Of a DNA stretch of 64,000 nt, positions 1 to 9,673 are shown in pieces. This DNA is from a virus (lineage: Duplodnaviria; Caudoviricetes). Below the pieces are notes generated by a model. It ran no database searches and had not been told where the DNA came from. It was given only the letters and a program-made list of their open reading frames with translations. The stretch's first letter is position 1. Each line of letters starts with the position of its first letter. The translations under genes were made by a program, and so were the position numbers. The stretch is from positions 39,710 through 103,709 of IMG/VR virus record IMGVR_UViG_3300014204_000004. One strand, written 5' to 3'.

Positions 1-92
1 ACATCGGCTCGTGTTGACATGAGACCTGTATTGACAACGTTCATAGCCTTGTAAAACAGATTGTTGAAATCTACCAACAGTAGTCTCTTCAC
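1..92 (-). CDS. 5'-3' exonuclease / PolI-like N-terminus (partial, runs off window)
   Basis: GGAGG RBS + GTG start at 92; translates MKRLLLVDFNNLFYKAMN, resembling the LLLVDGxNLxYRA start of 5'-3' exonucleases. Confidence 0.55.
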   Translation of the reverse strand, partial: MKRLLLVDFNNLFYKAMNVVNTGLMSTRAD

Positions 93-133
93 GAGTTCCT
101 CCAAAGTCAATTTGATGTTATAAAGTGTAATAG

Positions 134-163
134 ACTTTATCATAAAACGAGTAGTAATGTCAA
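134..163 (-). promoter_or_regulatory. sigma70-like promoter
   Basis: TTGACA-18nt-TAAAGT with TGn extension, upstream of the exonuclease-like gene. Confidence 0.55.
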
Positions 164-201
164 AATTATTTTTAAGTGTTAATTTTTCGAGAACTTACGT
201 G

Positions 202-768
202 TCAAATTAGGTCTTCGTCATCGAGGCACATCTTGTTAGATTCAAGTACCAGATTAATTGCACCACCTTCGATGTAACCAGGGAACGCTTTATCAAAGTA
301 ACCAGGGAACGACTCGTGCATTGCTAAGACTGTTCGCAAGGTAACTGGTACGTTATTCAAATACGAGATGTTGGTAATCATGAGGTCGGAATAAATGACG
401 TACAAACGACCACGTTGTGTCAAGGTAGGTCTTCTGTTATTCATGGCTCTGAAAAGCCACCTGTCTAAGAAACGAGGAACAGATTCTAGCAAAGAGAATA
501 CGTACTTGTTACGTGTACCCCTACTGTACACGTGTAAGGTAGAAGGTAGTTCTTGGTTAAGATGAAGTAAGAACTGAGAACACAAAGCACGATAAAACAA
601 TTCCATTGTAGGTAGTATGCTACTGTTCTCTCTCTTCCCCTCCAAAGTTAGTTCTATCTTTGCCTTTTCTGCTTTTAGTTCTTTTACTGTCATTTCAGAA
701 TAGTCTTTTTTACCTATTTCTTTTAACTCTTTTGTGGTAATACTTCTCAACTCTTTTTTCTTACTCAT
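202..768 (-). CDS. hypothetical protein
   Basis: 188-aa ORF with AGGT-type RBS and a Lys-rich N-terminus. Confidence 0.6.
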   Translation of the reverse strand: MSKKKELRSITTKELKEIGKKDYSEMTVKELKAEKAKIELTLEGKRENSSILPTMELFYRALCSQFLLHLNQELPSTLHVYSRGTRNKYVFSLLESVPRFLDRWLFRAMNNRRPTLTQRGRLYVIYSDLMITNISYLNNVPVTLRTVLAMHESFPGYFDKAFPGYIEGGAINLVLESNKMCLDDEDLI

Positions 769-943
769 TTACCTAACCTCTCTTCTATTCTGATAATGCA
801 AATTTTTCTGTGCCACACTCTGTTTTTGATGCTGTGAAAAAAGTGTTTGAGGTTTCTTTTACTACTTTAAAACTATAACTACTTTAAAGAATAACTTTAA
901 AGGATTGGGAAGTCTTGATACTCTAAGCTTCCCAGTCGATTTT

Positions 944-1008
944 GTGTACCGAGACACAATAGTTTTGTGTACCGAGACACAATAGTGGGTGTACCGAGAC
1001 ACAATAGT
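944..1008. repeat. three iterons (GTGTACCGAGACACAATAGT), probable replication origin
   Basis: Exact 20-bp copies at 944, 967 and 989 (23/22-bp spacing, about 2 helical turns); adjacent AT-rich ACTTTAAA repeats at 861-901; directly downstream of the Rep gene. Confidence 0.8.
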
Positions 1009-1048
1009 TTATTATCACTTGTATTATCATAACCACCAGAGGTACAGT

Positions 1049-1807
1049 CTACTCTTTCTTCTTGAAAGTCACCACGTCATTCTCGTCTATCTTGTAACCA
1101 AAATGCTCGAAGCCTGCAATCTCTCTTATCTCTTTCTGTGCCGCGTCGAGCGACCTGATTGCATCTCGCCTCTTGTCATACGTGATAGCGAGTTTGCCCT
1201 GCAGTTTATCTAACCCTATGAACCATGAGTTACTGCCTATTATCTTGCAGGCAATCTCAAACAGTCTGAGTGCTACGGGATTGGTGAACTTCATGATGGT
1301 GGCTATAGGGATATTTCTGGTGAACTGCATTTCGTGTAAATCTAAGAAAGCCTGCTCGACAGTCACGCATATCTTGTCGCGTGAGAGAAGGAGGTCGCCC
1401 ACTATGGCGAGACTTCGTACAGATTTAGACTTACTACTCGTCTCATAGAAAGATTCGTCTGTAAATTCGAGCCTCGTGTTTGCAAGGCGCTTAAGGGACC
1501 TGTCTACACGGCGGTAACTATCTATGCACATAGTGAGTCCCATTGATTGTACCAGTTCATACACAGATTTAAACTCAATCACATTTGTGCCACGCTTCTG
1601 TGCCTCGTACATCAAGAGGTACAGCATCTTCTTGTCGAAGATAGTAGGCAGACCATACTTTACAGTCGTTAGCGTGAACCCATTGTCATCTGTGTAGTGG
1701 TCCAGCTTCGCTTTCTTTGATGAGGCAACGAACAGAGGTCGGTCTAACAGATTTATGTTGTGCCTCACCTTCTTTACTACATCGTGTTTCTTGATTCGTC
1801 TTTTCAT
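1049..1807 (-). CDS. plasmid-type replication initiator (RepA/Rep_3-like winged helix)
   Basis: NLLDRPLF, GLPTIFDKKMLYLLM, SLKRL and ALRLFE motifs typical of iteron-binding initiators; iterons adjacent. Confidence 0.7.
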   Translation of the reverse strand: MKRRIKKHDVVKKVRHNINLLDRPLFVASSKKAKLDHYTDDNGFTLTTVKYGLPTIFDKKMLYLLMYEAQKRGTNVIEFKSVYELVQSMGLTMCIDSYRRVDRSLKRLANTRLEFTDESFYETSSKSKSVRSLAIVGDLLLSRDKICVTVEQAFLDLHEMQFTRNIPIATIMKFTNPVALRLFEIACKIIGSNSWFIGLDKLQGKLAITYDKRRDAIRSLDAAQKEIREIAGFEHFGYKIDENDVVTFKKKE

Positions 1808-2256
1808 AACAGTCTACCTCCAGACCGCAGTGCTTCTCGTATGTTCATAATCATGATGCCCAGTCTGTTCTGACCTACACTGGTCATCAAGTCTACACCC
1901 CAGAACGTATCGTGCCACGTATTGCCTTCAACTATGCCTTCGTTATCTGTGGCAAGCAACAGTTCTTTGAAGTAGTCCTGATTAAACTTTTGGTTCAGTA
2001 GCTTACGCATCACACGAACCTTAATCACATCCCAGCGTGGTGTAAGAACAACGTGTTTGCTGAATGTCTTGCATACCGCAGGTGACTTGTTCGCACAGAA
2101 CTCCTTCCACTTGAGGTCGGGGTTCTTGGCAGACTGATATGCGTTCTCTACTGTCTGATACTTCATGCCATCAAGCTCAACTAAGCAAGGGTAGAAATTG
2201 CTCAGCCATTTATAGTCGTCTACGAATTGATTTATCATGACTACGCCTCGATGCAC
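1804..2256 (-). CDS. NADAR (YbiA-like) family hydrolase
   Basis: LSNFYPC, TVENAYQSAK, W..IK..VM....KF, LLAT, EGNTWHDTFWGV and GQNRLG motifs. Confidence 0.92.
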   Translation of the reverse strand: MHRGVVMINQFVDDYKWLSNFYPCLVELDGMKYQTVENAYQSAKNPDLKWKEFCANKSPAVCKTFSKHVVLTPRWDVIKVRVMRKLLNQKFNQDYFKELLLATDNEGIVEGNTWHDTFWGVDLMTSVGQNRLGIMIMNIREALRSGGRLL

Positions 2257-2549
2257 ACTGCCTCGTCAATGTCGAGGTAGTAGAAGGGATGGTCTGCGTT
2301 GAAGTAGTGTACGTTCTTTAAGGTCTGCAGGGTCACGCCCAGTACCATACCACCTTCTTCTGAGTTAGACTCATACATCATGACAGGCAGGTTCTCATCA
2401 TATGTCTTCAGCTTCTCGATAAGTTCTTTCACTGTTATTGGTTTCGCCATTTTCTCGGAACACTTAACGCGCCTTTCTTTTGGAAGTCTGTCTTCTTCTC
2501 GCATGCCTTCTTCTTCTTCGGTTGTGGTGGTGTTCTCTTCTTCGTTCAT
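2241..2549 (-). CDS. hypothetical protein
   Basis: GGAGG RBS before the ATG at 2549; TVKELIEKLKTYDENLPV motif common in small phage proteins. Confidence 0.55.
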   Translation of the reverse strand: MNEEENTTTTEEEEGMREEDRLPKERRVKCSEKMAKPITVKELIEKLKTYDENLPVMMYESNSEEGGMVLGVTLQTLKNVHYFNADHPFYYLDIDEAVCIEA

Positions 2550-2638
2550 GTTATTCCTCCCGTGTGTGCAAACTAAAGGGCTACCTGTTTCCAGATAGCC
2601 CTTCACCTCTGACTCTACCCCTATACCCCCGTATAGTT

Positions 2639-2860
2639 CTACTTTAACTGCTTGAGCAAATCGTTGAAGCCTTCGCTCTTTAAGGCATACTCAAGTGCAA
2701 ATCTCATAAGCTCGGCACGTGACATGTTATGCTTCTCTGCTGTCTTGTCAAGAATTGCGATTGTATCTTCTTCCAAAGGCACAGAAAGGTTCTGTTTTCT
2801 CTTACGTCTTTGAAAGTTATACTTCGACAAATCCTCTTTGTGTCTCTTCGTAGTGGGCAT
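2639..2860 (-). CDS. ribbon-helix-helix (CopG-like) regulator
   Basis: LSVPL...LDKTAEKHNMSRAELMRFAL pattern; AGGAGG RBS. Confidence 0.8.
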   Translation of the reverse strand: MPTTKRHKEDLSKYNFQRRKRKQNLSVPLEEDTIAILDKTAEKHNMSRAELMRFALEYALKSEGFNDLLKQLK

Positions 2861-2895
2861 CGTAATGAACCTCCTTAATGCAATGTTTACTATAT

Positions 2896-2924
2896 ACTGT
2901 AACAGTTTTCGTATTATATGTCAA
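2896..2924 (-). promoter_or_regulatory. sigma70-like promoter
   Basis: TTGACA-17nt-TACAGT with TGn extension, upstream of the RHH gene. Confidence 0.55.
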
Positions 2925-3277
2925 GTCATCGTGTTCGGGACGTTGGTAATCTTTTCCCCATGATAGTAAATCTCTCGTGGGTACACCTTCTTTCTTACTA
3001 TTCTTATGTCCCATAGTGCCAACAACTTATCTTCTACCTTCATGAAGTTCGCGTTATGTTCTACACCTACCATGCAGTGTGTCAATTCATGTACTGCATA
3101 GTATATACGAAAAGACACATCGTAGCGGCTTATCCAGGCAGGTAGCTCTATCTTCTTCTCTAAGAACCAACCTCTGCCAGAACTGAGTAGCTCGTTTACT
3201 ACCACGCTGACCGGTTTCTTGTAGTTGACCCAACGTCTAGTCGAGTTGACTACATGCTGATAGCCTTTCTGGTGCAT
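2921..3277 (-). CDS. HExxH zinc metallopeptidase (YgjP/SprT/WLM-like)
   Basis: VHELTHCMVGVEHNANF = HExxH...H..F motif. Confidence 0.7.
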   Translation of the reverse strand: MHQKGYQHVVNSTRRWVNYKKPVSVVVNELLSSGRGWFLEKKIELPAWISRYDVSFRIYYAVHELTHCMVGVEHNANFMKVEDKLLALWDIRIVRKKVYPREIYYHGEKITNVPNTMT

Positions 3278-3420
3278 TAGTTCTCCTTTACATGAGGTCT
3301 GTGACAGTGCTCAGTATCAGACAAGTGGTACACAGACCCTCGCCTTCGCTGACAAGTGCACCACATCTTGGGCACACCACATCTTCACAGACCTCTGCCT
3401 CTTCATTAATACTCTCGTCA

Positions 3421-3768
3421 TCAAGAAGGCTTGATTTCATCTTGTCTGGGTATGTGTAGTCCCGTGACATTTTCAAACTCCTTCTCTTCTCTGTCCTTGA
3501 TATATGTCTGTATTATGCCGTGCAATGTGTTTGCCAATTCGTGCATCGTCTTGAACTGTGCCTGCAGAGTAATGTATCTCAGTATCAACTCCAGGTGTTT
3601 CAAGAAGTTGAAGAGGCACAGCGCATAAACAAGCGGTATTAAAATATAATGTGTCCCAGGTACAAACTTCATGACACAGTATACGGTGGCTGAACAGGTT
3701 ATAAGTGCTATTAGCCCTTTGAATAGAGCGTTGTCCAAGAAAGCATCTAACATAATAATAAATCTCAT
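3421..3768 (-). CDS. membrane protein
   Basis: Two hydrophobic segments. Confidence 0.55.
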   Translation of the reverse strand: MRFIIMLDAFLDNALFKGLIALITCSATVYCVMKFVPGTHYILIPLVYALCLFNFLKHLELILRYITLQAQFKTMHELANTLHGIIQTYIKDREEKEFENVTGLHIPRQDEIKPS

Positions 3769-3782
3769 TGCGGTCTCCCCTC

Positions 3783-4205
3783 TTAGTCTATACCCATCAG
3801 CCCGTTTTTTCTATCGTACAGAATGGACCAAGTGGTTATACCTGATTTGATGTATACTACCAGACCTGAAATACCAACTACTGTGCCTTCTTCGATAACC
3901 CAACGCGGGCCAGAACGCGTCTTGAACTTAACAACGTCGCCTTCTTTGACCTTAACTCGCGGGTCAATCCTTGCTACCACGTGTGCCTTGCCGATTACTT
4001 GCTTTGCTCCCGCCTCTTCTTGCGTTCGATAATTCTCTTGTGTCTGGTGGTGTCTGCGGTGACGAGGTACTGCACCTCCCTTCGGTACATCAAAGAGAGG
4101 CGCGTCGTTGATGTCAGTTACCTTACCGCGAGTGACAATCTTAGCCTTAGATGATTCGACTGAAGAAGCCGCTCGATTCTTTCTGCGATGCCTTTCTATG
4201 GACAT
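3783..4205 (-). CDS. hypothetical protein (basic N-terminus, SH3/KOW-like C-terminus)
   Basis: RBS AGGAG; VKEGDVVKF...EGTVVGI..VVYI pattern. Confidence 0.5.
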   Translation of the reverse strand: MSIERHRRKNRAASSVESSKAKIVTRGKVTDINDAPLFDVPKGGAVPRHRRHHQTQENYRTQEEAGAKQVIGKAHVVARIDPRVKVKEGDVVKFKTRSGPRWVIEEGTVVGISGLVVYIKSGITTWSILYDRKNGLMGID

Positions 4206-4382
4206 AAATTGCTCCTAATAAAGGTTTTACTGTAGGCTTCAACTCGCCTATCCAGTTAGTGAGGTGCTGTGTCGTGACAGACGCACATACCGGACACGCA
4301 TCATGCTGAAGTGCATCGTACACGTTTTCGCAATTCAAACAAACCATCGCACTGCCTACCGGTATGAAAGCTGTCATTGACA

Positions 4383-4901
4383 TTAGTTACCTCCATTTCT
4401 CTTGATTGCCCTTTTGATATCTTTGTCGAGGGCTTTCTTGTGTGCATCTCTTACTTTACGAGATTGTGCTGTCTTGGCCCAGTTACGCAGTTTCTTCATG
4501 CGTTCCTGCCATTCGTCTTCGTCTATGTCGAGTTCTCGTGCCACCTCATTCATGGTCAAGAACAAGATGTTGAAATTGTCCTGCAACCTGCGTATGTCTC
4601 TGTGTTTACAACCATCACACATCTCTTGCGACATGGTGTTGGCAACCTTGAACTGCTCAAGGTCTACCTCAGGGAATCTAGTACCACGCTTGCGTATGCC
4701 AACGTCTGAGGTAACTTCGCGTCGTCTTCTGCGCGGTACTTCTGGTTCGTCATCAACATCTCTGACAGAGCCGTGTACGTTTATCTTCTGCACACGAGCA
4801 CTGCTAGAATCAGGAGTATTATCAGGTCCATGACGCCTCCTTCTTTGTGGCACCTCTTCTACTTCTTCATTGCGTCTACGTCGTTCAACCATGTTCTCCA
4901 C
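4383..4901 (-). CDS. hypothetical protein with repeated Arg tracts
   Basis: 172-aa ORF, GGAGG RBS, three RRRR motifs. Confidence 0.6.
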   Translation of the reverse strand: MENMVERRRRNEEVEEVPQRRRRHGPDNTPDSSSARVQKINVHGSVRDVDDEPEVPRRRRREVTSDVGIRKRGTRFPEVDLEQFKVANTMSQEMCDGCKHRDIRRLQDNFNILFLTMNEVARELDIDEDEWQERMKKLRNWAKTAQSRKVRDAHKKALDKDIKRAIKRNGGN

Positions 4902-4922
4902 CCCTCCGATAGTGTGAGTTGT

Positions 4923-5378
4923 TTATACGATAAAAGGACTGTTCATGGCCCAGTAGATGTGCTTTTCGATAATGATGCCGCATATCACCTGTCTGACACG
5001 TTCGCTCGCCGTTGTTGTTTCTGTTGCGCCGTAGGTGGCTATGTTAACTTTGTGAAGATGACCGCGTGCCATAGCGTCTTTATGAATCAGACGTGAGGCG
5101 GCGATGAACCGACCCTTTGCTTCGATGTACTTGTCTTTGGGCGACTTGAAAGAGAACGCCATGATTTTGGTGTTGTTAATCTTCTTGAAGGCTACGACAG
5201 CGCCGCCGTATTCTTTGCTGGTGTCGTCTTCGCTCTTGTAGATATGAAACCTGCGAAAGCGGATGTCAGGGTGCTGTTCAAGAATTGCATTTAAGGCTTC
5301 TTCATAATCAAACTTCTTGGGCATGACTTCCTCCTTATGATTGTAGTGTGCCGTTACCGTTCTCGTCGTCTTCGTCAT
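4923..5378 (-). CDS. hypothetical protein
   Basis: ORF in operon; likely true start at MPKKF after AGGAGG. Confidence 0.55.
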   Translation of the reverse strand: MTKTTRTVTAHYNHKEEVMPKKFDYEEALNAILEQHPDIRFRRFHIYKSEDDTSKEYGGAVVAFKKINNTKIMAFSFKSPKDKYIEAKGRFIAASRLIHKDAMARGHLHKVNIATYGATETTTASERVRQVICGIIIEKHIYWAMNSPFIV

Positions 5379-5895
5379 TCGTTGGTAGAATGATTGCTGA
5401 CGGTCTGGCAGATATCTGCCTCGTCTGTGCTTCTGTCTGTATTGCTACGTTGTCCTCTCTGAGCGCAGGGTCGTTAACCTTAGCATAGCATACGACCTGC
5501 TTGTTTGAGAACTGGCTGAACATCTGAGCGACACGGCTGAAGCCAAGCTCACTCAGAGTCCTCTGCAAACGTTCGTGTTCGAGCCACGCGCCTGTCACGA
5601 TGACCGGTGTATTGATGAGGTTCAGAACATGCTGGTACAACTGCTTCACGATGAACTTGCCTTTGTACTCAGGCTCGACATGAGCGTGAAATATCTCGGT
5701 CGTGTACACTGAGTGCATGAATACGCAGATGCGACCAACGATGCGTTCTGCTACTTCAGGAGGCGCATCTGGTGTGACCACTATCTTGGCAACGAACATC
5801 ATGCCACCCGCAAAGCACTGATGACGAAGCGCATCATTCGTCATGAAATCGCCGTGAATCTCAGGGTTGTAAGGCTCGATGGTTACTGGTTGCAT
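5335..5895 (-). CDS. GNAT family acetyltransferase
   Basis: IVGRICV...EIFHAHVEPEYKGKFIVKQL motif A and ELGF motif B. Confidence 0.7.
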   Translation of the reverse strand: MQPVTIEPYNPEIHGDFMTNDALRHQCFAGGMMFVAKIVVTPDAPPEVAERIVGRICVFMHSVYTTEIFHAHVEPEYKGKFIVKQLYQHVLNLINTPVIVTGAWLEHERLQRTLSELGFSRVAQMFSQFSNKQVVCYAKVNDPALREDNVAIQTEAQTRQISARPSAIILPTNDEDDENGNGTLQS

Positions 5896-5918
5896 ACTTC
5901 CTCCTTATATGTTTTGGT

Positions 5919-6668
5919 TTATGATATCAAACGACCGTAGTCTTCGTCTTGGAACTCGTAGTTGTCGTCATCGTCACTGTCGTCTTCTGCACGAGCAGAG
6001 GGATTGTACCTCACTGACAGTGGACCACCGCTTGATATACTTCCCTTCTTGCCTTTGCCACCACCACCTGATGATGTATGTACACCGCCCTTATCTCTGT
6101 ATGCTCTCTTGTAAGACAGGTTGCTGTACAAGATGCCGTTGTCGTTGGTGAAGTCACCTGTGATATCGATGATATCGTTGGTCATGAACACGAACTTGCC
6201 AGCGTTGAGCATGGGCAGTACGTTCTTGCCCAGATGTGCTGTCATTATAGCCATGAACCTCGTGTCACTGAAGTCACCATCAGGTATGACCAACTTGTTG
6301 TTCATGAAGAAGTCGAGCATCATACCCTTCCAGTTCGACAGCACGCCGTTGTGAAAGAGAAGAGGCAACTGACCCTGATACTCGGTGATGTTCGGGCTAT
6401 CATAGTCAACGATGTAAGGGTGCGTAAGCTCAGGACACACCCTGCTCGTGGCATTTCTGAAATGCACAACGTGAGGTAATATCTTACGCATGCCCTTCTC
6501 TTTGTATGCGGCGATTATATCGTTTGCTGTCATGTAGCCCTTGCTGTAATTGATGAAGCCATCGGCGGTGGACCAAGCAAAGCCTGCACCGTCATCGTTC
6601 ATATCGAAGGCATCTCTTATTTCCTGGTTTGTCATGCCTCTTGTTTGACATACTGCTATTACACACAT
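5919..6668 (-). CDS. class II (Ntn) glutamine amidotransferase
   Basis: Cys2 (MCVIA), NDDGAG, HFRNAT, THPY, FHNG and SDT motifs. Confidence 0.9.
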   Translation of the reverse strand: MCVIAVCQTRGMTNQEIRDAFDMNDDGAGFAWSTADGFINYSKGYMTANDIIAAYKEKGMRKILPHVVHFRNATSRVCPELTHPYIVDYDSPNITEYQGQLPLLFHNGVLSNWKGMMLDFFMNNKLVIPDGDFSDTRFMAIMTAHLGKNVLPMLNAGKFVFMTNDIIDITGDFTNDNGILYSNLSYKRAYRDKGGVHTSSGGGGKGKKGSISSGGPLSVRYNPSARAEDDSDDDDNYEFQDEDYGRLIS

Positions 6669-6670
6669 AA

Positions 6671-8773
6671 CTATACCTCCTCGTTTTGTGTTACTACTGG
6701 TTCGCTTATTGCCGTGTTATGAATAAGCAGTTGCTCTAACGTGTCTACGATTAACGGTATCAAGTTACGAGCAACGCTTACGTCCTGTCTGAATATGTTA
6801 GGCATGCCCACGTTCAGTGATATTGAGTTGACGTTCTGGTGCGTCACAACTTCATGCGTTGATTGGTCTCTGAACACTACGACAGTAGGTGCCGCACCTA
6901 AGGGCGGTGCGCCTTCTGCCACTGCTTCGGCATCGTTGATGCGATGAATGTCTGTCATGTACTCTCTCAATGCTACAGGTGCAGGTACAGGAAGATTCGA
7001 TACGAACCCTCTCGCTCTTCTGTAACCAAAGAGTACGAGGTTCACATGCTTGAGCAATCTTTCCGGTATTATTCTCTCACGCAGAGCACTTGTTAGACTG
7101 TTTCTCACGCGCAGGTCCCATTCATCTCTGTACGTGAGATGCAAAGCTCTTACAGAGGGGCTATCTGGTACCTCCTCATCATAATCGTCGTCCTCATCGC
7201 ACTCTACACCAGGCTGAGAATCTTCTGGCATTGCGTTTACTCTGCCAAGAGGATGTTGTGCTGATACTCTGCCTGTGTTTATGGTCGCGTTAGGGTCGGC
7301 AGTCAGCATAGGCTTATCTACTCCCCACTCGACAAGCATCCTGTCGTTACGTGCGCCCACTCTTACGAGCACGTTGTTTATGAAATTCAGGTACGTCTGC
7401 GCCTCTTCTGGTTCGAGACCTGCTGTATCAACAAGCTCTTTGAACCCAATTGGATACTTGTACGTGAACTCTTTTACTCCGTTAACGAATCTGTTGGTGA
7501 TATTCTGTGCTATCTTGTACGCAAGCCTCGTTATCTCAGGTGTCATGAAGATTAAAGCAGGAGCACTGCGATACTCGAAGCCCCAACCCTTAGTCTCATA
7601 GGCACCGAGTGTCTTGTAACCTGAACGTGCCTTACCTGACAGATTGAGAGTAGGTGCGCCGATGAAATCGTCCAACATCTTAACCAGATGTTGAGGCGGT
7701 ACATATGTTCTACCGACACCGATGTGTATGTGACCACCTAAAGGATAACTGTGGCCTGCTACACCTAAGTCATACGCGGGGTACATGCGATAGAACCTTT
7801 CAAGCAGGTGCTTGAGAATATCGACAGCTTCTTCGGGTGTAGTTGCGGCACGAGGTCTAAGCTCGACCTGTGAACCAGCACCGTCTCTGCCTAACCCACC
7901 TTCAGGGTGCGACGTGGTTTTTATCTTGCTTGAAGCGTTAACCACCTCGTTGCTGTACCGACTTACAAGCTCGAACTCTGGGTCAGAGCCTAACTGAATC
8001 ATAAGTCTGGGGCGTCTGCGCTTTCTGATAATGACTCTCTGAAGAGGCATGAGGTCGAGTCTGTCTACTAACGCATCATAGAGTATCTTGTCGATGAAGC
8101 GTATGCCATAAGCAGAGTGCGACCAGTCACCAACGATGAGTATGTTGTTGTTCGGTATGTACAGACCCATGAATATATTGCGCCCTCTTGCAGGTCTGTC
8201 GCTACTCTCGCCATAGCGCACTGATACACGCATGACAATCTTTACCGCCTCGAACACGGTAACAAAAGGGCTAATGCCGTTCTGCTCGTCTGTCAGTTCT
8301 TCGTTGATAATCATAGCCTCTAGTGCCGGCTTGGCTGAGGTGGCTCTGTGCGAATCGTTGTCGTAAGAGAACTCGCCTCTCTTGGGCTTCTCTGCTACCA
8401 TATCGAAGAACTTTCCATACAGCAGATGTTTGTACGTTGCAAAGTGCGTGAGTCTTGGCATACGAACCGTGCGTATTATCTTGAAGCGTACAGTGTCACG
8501 CAGGTTCTTTGGTTCGCAGAAAGCGTACACAGTATTGTTCCAGTTTTCGCTGAGATTGAGGTACGCGTGTGCTCTGCATTTGTTGAAGTAGTCCTTCATA
8601 ATCTCGAACAGACGACCAACGTATTCTACGTTGTTGTGGTCCGGGAGTTGCAGGCTACCGTCAGCGTTTCTGTTAGGGTCTCTGACCCAATCGGGCAACT
8701 GTGGTATGACTATACGAGTAGGTCTACTGTCTGATACTTCGTTTCCCATATGATTGATGGTCACGTCACTCAC
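6671..8773 (-). CDS. phiEco32-like COOH-NH2 ligase type 2 (amidoligase) with long N- and C-terminal extensions
   Basis: LGSDPEF, GRDG..VELRP, GGHIHIG and GFEYRS motifs. Confidence 0.85.
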   Translation of the reverse strand: MSDVTINHMGNEVSDSRPTRIVIPQLPDWVRDPNRNADGSLQLPDHNNVEYVGRLFEIMKDYFNKCRAHAYLNLSENWNNTVYAFCEPKNLRDTVRFKIIRTVRMPRLTHFATYKHLLYGKFFDMVAEKPKRGEFSYDNDSHRATSAKPALEAMIINEELTDEQNGISPFVTVFEAVKIVMRVSVRYGESSDRPARGRNIFMGLYIPNNNILIVGDWSHSAYGIRFIDKILYDALVDRLDLMPLQRVIIRKRRRPRLMIQLGSDPEFELVSRYSNEVVNASSKIKTTSHPEGGLGRDGAGSQVELRPRAATTPEEAVDILKHLLERFYRMYPAYDLGVAGHSYPLGGHIHIGVGRTYVPPQHLVKMLDDFIGAPTLNLSGKARSGYKTLGAYETKGWGFEYRSAPALIFMTPEITRLAYKIAQNITNRFVNGVKEFTYKYPIGFKELVDTAGLEPEEAQTYLNFINNVLVRVGARNDRMLVEWGVDKPMLTADPNATINTGRVSAQHPLGRVNAMPEDSQPGVECDEDDDYDEEVPDSPSVRALHLTYRDEWDLRVRNSLTSALRERIIPERLLKHVNLVLFGYRRARGFVSNLPVPAPVALREYMTDIHRINDAEAVAEGAPPLGAAPTVVVFRDQSTHEVVTHQNVNSISLNVGMPNIFRQDVSVARNLIPLIVDTLEQLLIHNTAISEPVVTQNEEV

Positions 8774-8810
8774 TTTGTATCACCTCACTGTTTGTTTTTG
8801 ATGATAATAA

Positions 8811-8840
8811 AGTTTATCATAAAGTTCGTATTAAAGTCAA
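8811..8840 (-). promoter_or_regulatory. sigma70-like promoter
   Basis: TTGACT-18nt-TAAACT with TGn extension, upstream of the amidoligase. Confidence 0.55.
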
Positions 8841-8880
8841 TAACAAAAAACTCTAATAAATTCGATATGTTAATCGATAA

Positions 8881-8923
8881 GAGAGAAAAGAAAAGGGTGG
8901 TCAACTTAACGTCAACCACCCCT
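8881..8923 (-). terminator. intrinsic terminator
   Basis: AAGGGTGGT/ACCACCCTT stem followed by TTCTTTTCTC on the - strand after the GGCT gene. Confidence 0.65.
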
Positions 8924-8941
8924 TGCCGGATTCAATTAGGT

Positions 8942-9376
8942 TTAATCTTCAAGGCTGTTGTCTGGTGCTCCGAAGCCTGCGATGTATTCTATCCAGTCTT
9001 CAATCAGAGTCTCTTCGCGTAAGATGTGCTCCTGTGGCAGGACGTGATAGATGATGCCTTTGACAGTCAACACATTGCCTGCGTCATTTGTTATCTCAAC
9101 AGCGATAACCTCTTTTTTGTAACCGAAAGGTAGCTCCAGATTGTCGAGCATCTTTTCGACCACTGCGTTTACTTCGTATGCTTCTACCACGAATGAGTGC
9201 TCGCCTGTGCCTTCTCTGTCGAGCACAGCTTTCGGGTAACCGCCGACGTTGTACATCTTGCCTTTTACTCTGCCTTTGCCGAGACAGGTCACTTTGTTCG
9301 TTGTGCCTTTCTCCTGAAGTAGATAGTGATTGTAACTACCTTTGCGTAGCGTACCATAAACAAATGCGTTTTTCAC
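8942..9376 (-). CDS. gamma-glutamylcyclotransferase (AIG2-like)
   Basis: FVYGTLRKG, GGYP and LDNLE motifs. Confidence 0.9.
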   Translation of the reverse strand: MKNAFVYGTLRKGSYNHYLLQEKGTTNKVTCLGKGRVKGKMYNVGGYPKAVLDREGTGEHSFVVEAYEVNAVVEKMLDNLELPFGYKKEVIAVEITNDAGNVLTVKGIIYHVLPQEHILREETLIEDWIEYIAGFGAPDNSLED

Positions 9377-9660
9377 GTAAACCTCCCCTTGAACATATGA
9401 TGTTGTAAGAGGTGAGCGTTCTGCCTTCTGACGACATTGATTTGAATTGCAATAGGGTAGTCTATGTGCTCTCGTATCTTTGCAAGCCCGTCACGCATTG
9501 CCTTTTCAGTCTGATACACTATCGTAATCTGATTGCTGGCTCTAAACTCTTTCGTATTGCCAGCGTACAGCTTGATAGTGTTGACCTCTGGTAGCTGAGA
9601 TATCGTTATGATAACCTCGAAGTAGTCATGCTCTGGCCATTCTTTGAAGTCTACCTTCAC
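9373..9660 (-). CDS. hypothetical protein
   Basis: 95-aa ORF coupled to the GGCT gene. Confidence 0.55.
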   Translation of the reverse strand: MKVDFKEWPEHDYFEVIITISQLPEVNTIKLYAGNTKEFRASNQITIVYQTEKAMRDGLAKIREHIDYPIAIQINVVRRQNAHLLQHHMFKGRFT

Positions 9661-9673
9661 GCTTTCTTCCTTC

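Noticed and set aside
944-1008. Mini-CRISPR
   Set aside because: Repeats are separated by only 2-3 nt; fits iterons
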